DNA from: Balanoglossus misakiensis
Lineage: Eukaryota; Animalia; Hemichordata
NCBI GenBank assembly: GCA_040954595.2
Contig: CM082587.2
Location: 2,819,000 to 2,882,999 of the forward strand
Length of the DNA: 64,000 nt
Reading direction: 5' to 3'
Positions 62,501 to 64,000 of the stretch are shown here, piece after piece. The notes beneath the pieces are model-generated. The model worked only from the letters and a program-made list of their open reading frames with translations, was not told where the DNA came from and searched no databases. The position numbers and the translations under genes were made by a program. How positions within the stretch are numbered: the stretch's first letter is position 1; the number at the start of each line of letters is the position of its first letter.

Positions 62501-63410
62501 GATCAGCAATTTCATGTAGTTGCTGTATGCATCATGAAATGAGGTGATCCACACAATGTAAATCGTATGAACTGTCTTTGAAAAGGGATGTAAATTTACA
62601 AGTCAGTCTTTACTGCATCGGTTGTAAATCGTGTTGTAAATCGTCTTGCAAGTCATTGGCAGAACATCCTGTAGTAGACGATAATGTGATTTGAGAGAGG
62701 TTGCAATATTGATTGGACGCATGTCATTGTTATAACCTGGATCTTTCGCCTGTCGGAGTTGCATCATGCACTCCGCATGGAACCAAAGAAATTGTGACAG
62801 TTGTAATTGCTACATGCTGTTTGTGTGTGAAGAAAGATGTAGTGCGTCTTGTAAATTACATTTGATGATTGTTAGCAAGCAAGAGGATTCTCATAGTGAT
62901 GGCTGTGTTCCCGTTGTTGTTTATTGGAAATACATTTAGCCCTGCCTGTCAATCTCATGTACTAAGGACCCGCAGCTTCTTCATTTTACATCATGAGATA
63001 GAACCTCACAGTGGCACCAATAGCAATTTTATATCAACCTTTTTTGCTCATTTTAGTAATGTGACTATTTTAAAGAAAAGTGTATTATTTTTTCCCTTTA
63101 TTTTTCAAACGTTGACACAAAGAAATTTTCAAACATTGACTCAAAGATTTTGAAAATCTTTCTTTTTGTAATATAAAGGGCCCCACTGAGAAGCATAAGG
63201 TTATATAACAAATACTGAAATATGAATTACTGTGGGATATGGAGTTCTATTATGGCAGTAGGTGTATAATAATGGCTGTATTTCAGCAGAGAACTGAAAA
63301 AGTGAAAAGTGAATAGAGCTACTGTAAAGTGCTGCATTTCTTCAGGGAATAAAAATGTCATCAGAGATATCCGGGTTACAGGTTACCCAACATTGGGTGA
63401 CCATCAGGAG

Positions 63411-63535
63411 ATGGTGCTGCGCATTCTGATGATGCAATTACTGGAGAGTTTGTACGAGTGGCCTGTACCTGTCATTGAAAGATTGTGCCAGGGAATTAAA
63501 CAGGCACTCGGTGACCTCAGAAATTACATCGATCT
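63411..63535 (+). CDS. Candidate alternative first exon of the KCNT/Slo2 gene
   Basis: ATG in good context (GAGATGG), 41 open codons (MVLRILMMQLLESLYEWPVPVIERLCQGIKQALGDLRNYID), ending at CT|GTAATT in phase 2, the same phase as exon 55981-56081. No homology recognised. Confidence 0.3.
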
Positions 63536-64000
63536 GTAATTTCCCTTGTGGGGAAATAATATGTGGTTTGGGAAATCTTCGTGCCATTTGGCTGCCAAAA
63601 AGACAAACTGATGATTTCTCTAGTCCTAATGAGACAATTTGTTTCAGTCATTATGGAAAGCTGCATAACAGGTGGGGTTTCTAGTTGATAAGATCTGTAC
63701 ACCTGGTACCACCAATTATATTATAGTATTCAAGATGATCCATTAAAAAAACTCATTTTTGTATTTGTATTGTTGGATGCTGCAGTTTGCTTACCTTGAA
63801 TGATAATGATTATTGGACCTGATACTGTGATGAACTTTAATTAAATGTTCTGCAAATTTGATTCGTTATTTTTTGCAAATATCATTCAATTTTTGAACAC
63901 TACAGTACAATACATTCAGTATTTTTTATAAACTTCATTAAATGTTTTACAAATTTCAGTGTGTTTTAACAATTATGTATGTATATATTTTCTGCCATTT

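Noticed and set aside
56700-63300. Short ORFs in the KCNT intron (e.g. 59045-59667, 61360-61623, 62869-63153)
   Set aside because: No recognisable domains, low-complexity composition, no consistent splice signals.

Overview
Gene-dense, intron-containing animal genomic DNA (invertebrate bilaterian; the species cannot be fixed from sequence alone). In order: 5' part of C1orf112/FIRRM (-), head-to-head with DNMT1 (+); TRIM45 (-); two tandem FOXRED1 paralogs (+); RPS18 (-), head-to-head with VPS52 (+); a tandem array of four two-exon genes, each encoding N-terminal leucine-rich repeats fused to a caspase-fold domain whose catalytic Cys is replaced by Phe/Tyr (c-FLIP-like pseudocaspase); a single-exon orphan class A GPCR; a TRAF2-like gene with a palindromic kappaB site upstream; CACYBP; and exon 1 of a Slo2/KCNT potassium channel followed by a long intron. 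The best candidate for an undescribed system is the LRR-pseudocaspase array (34.1-44.7 kb), which shows patchwork gene conversion in the caspase exon and lies among genes whose human orthologs map to the MHC paralogons. Three minor-spliceosome (U12) introns are visible, one with rare AT-AA ends. All exon boundaries were read by eye, and gene names rest on recalled protein motifs, not database searches.
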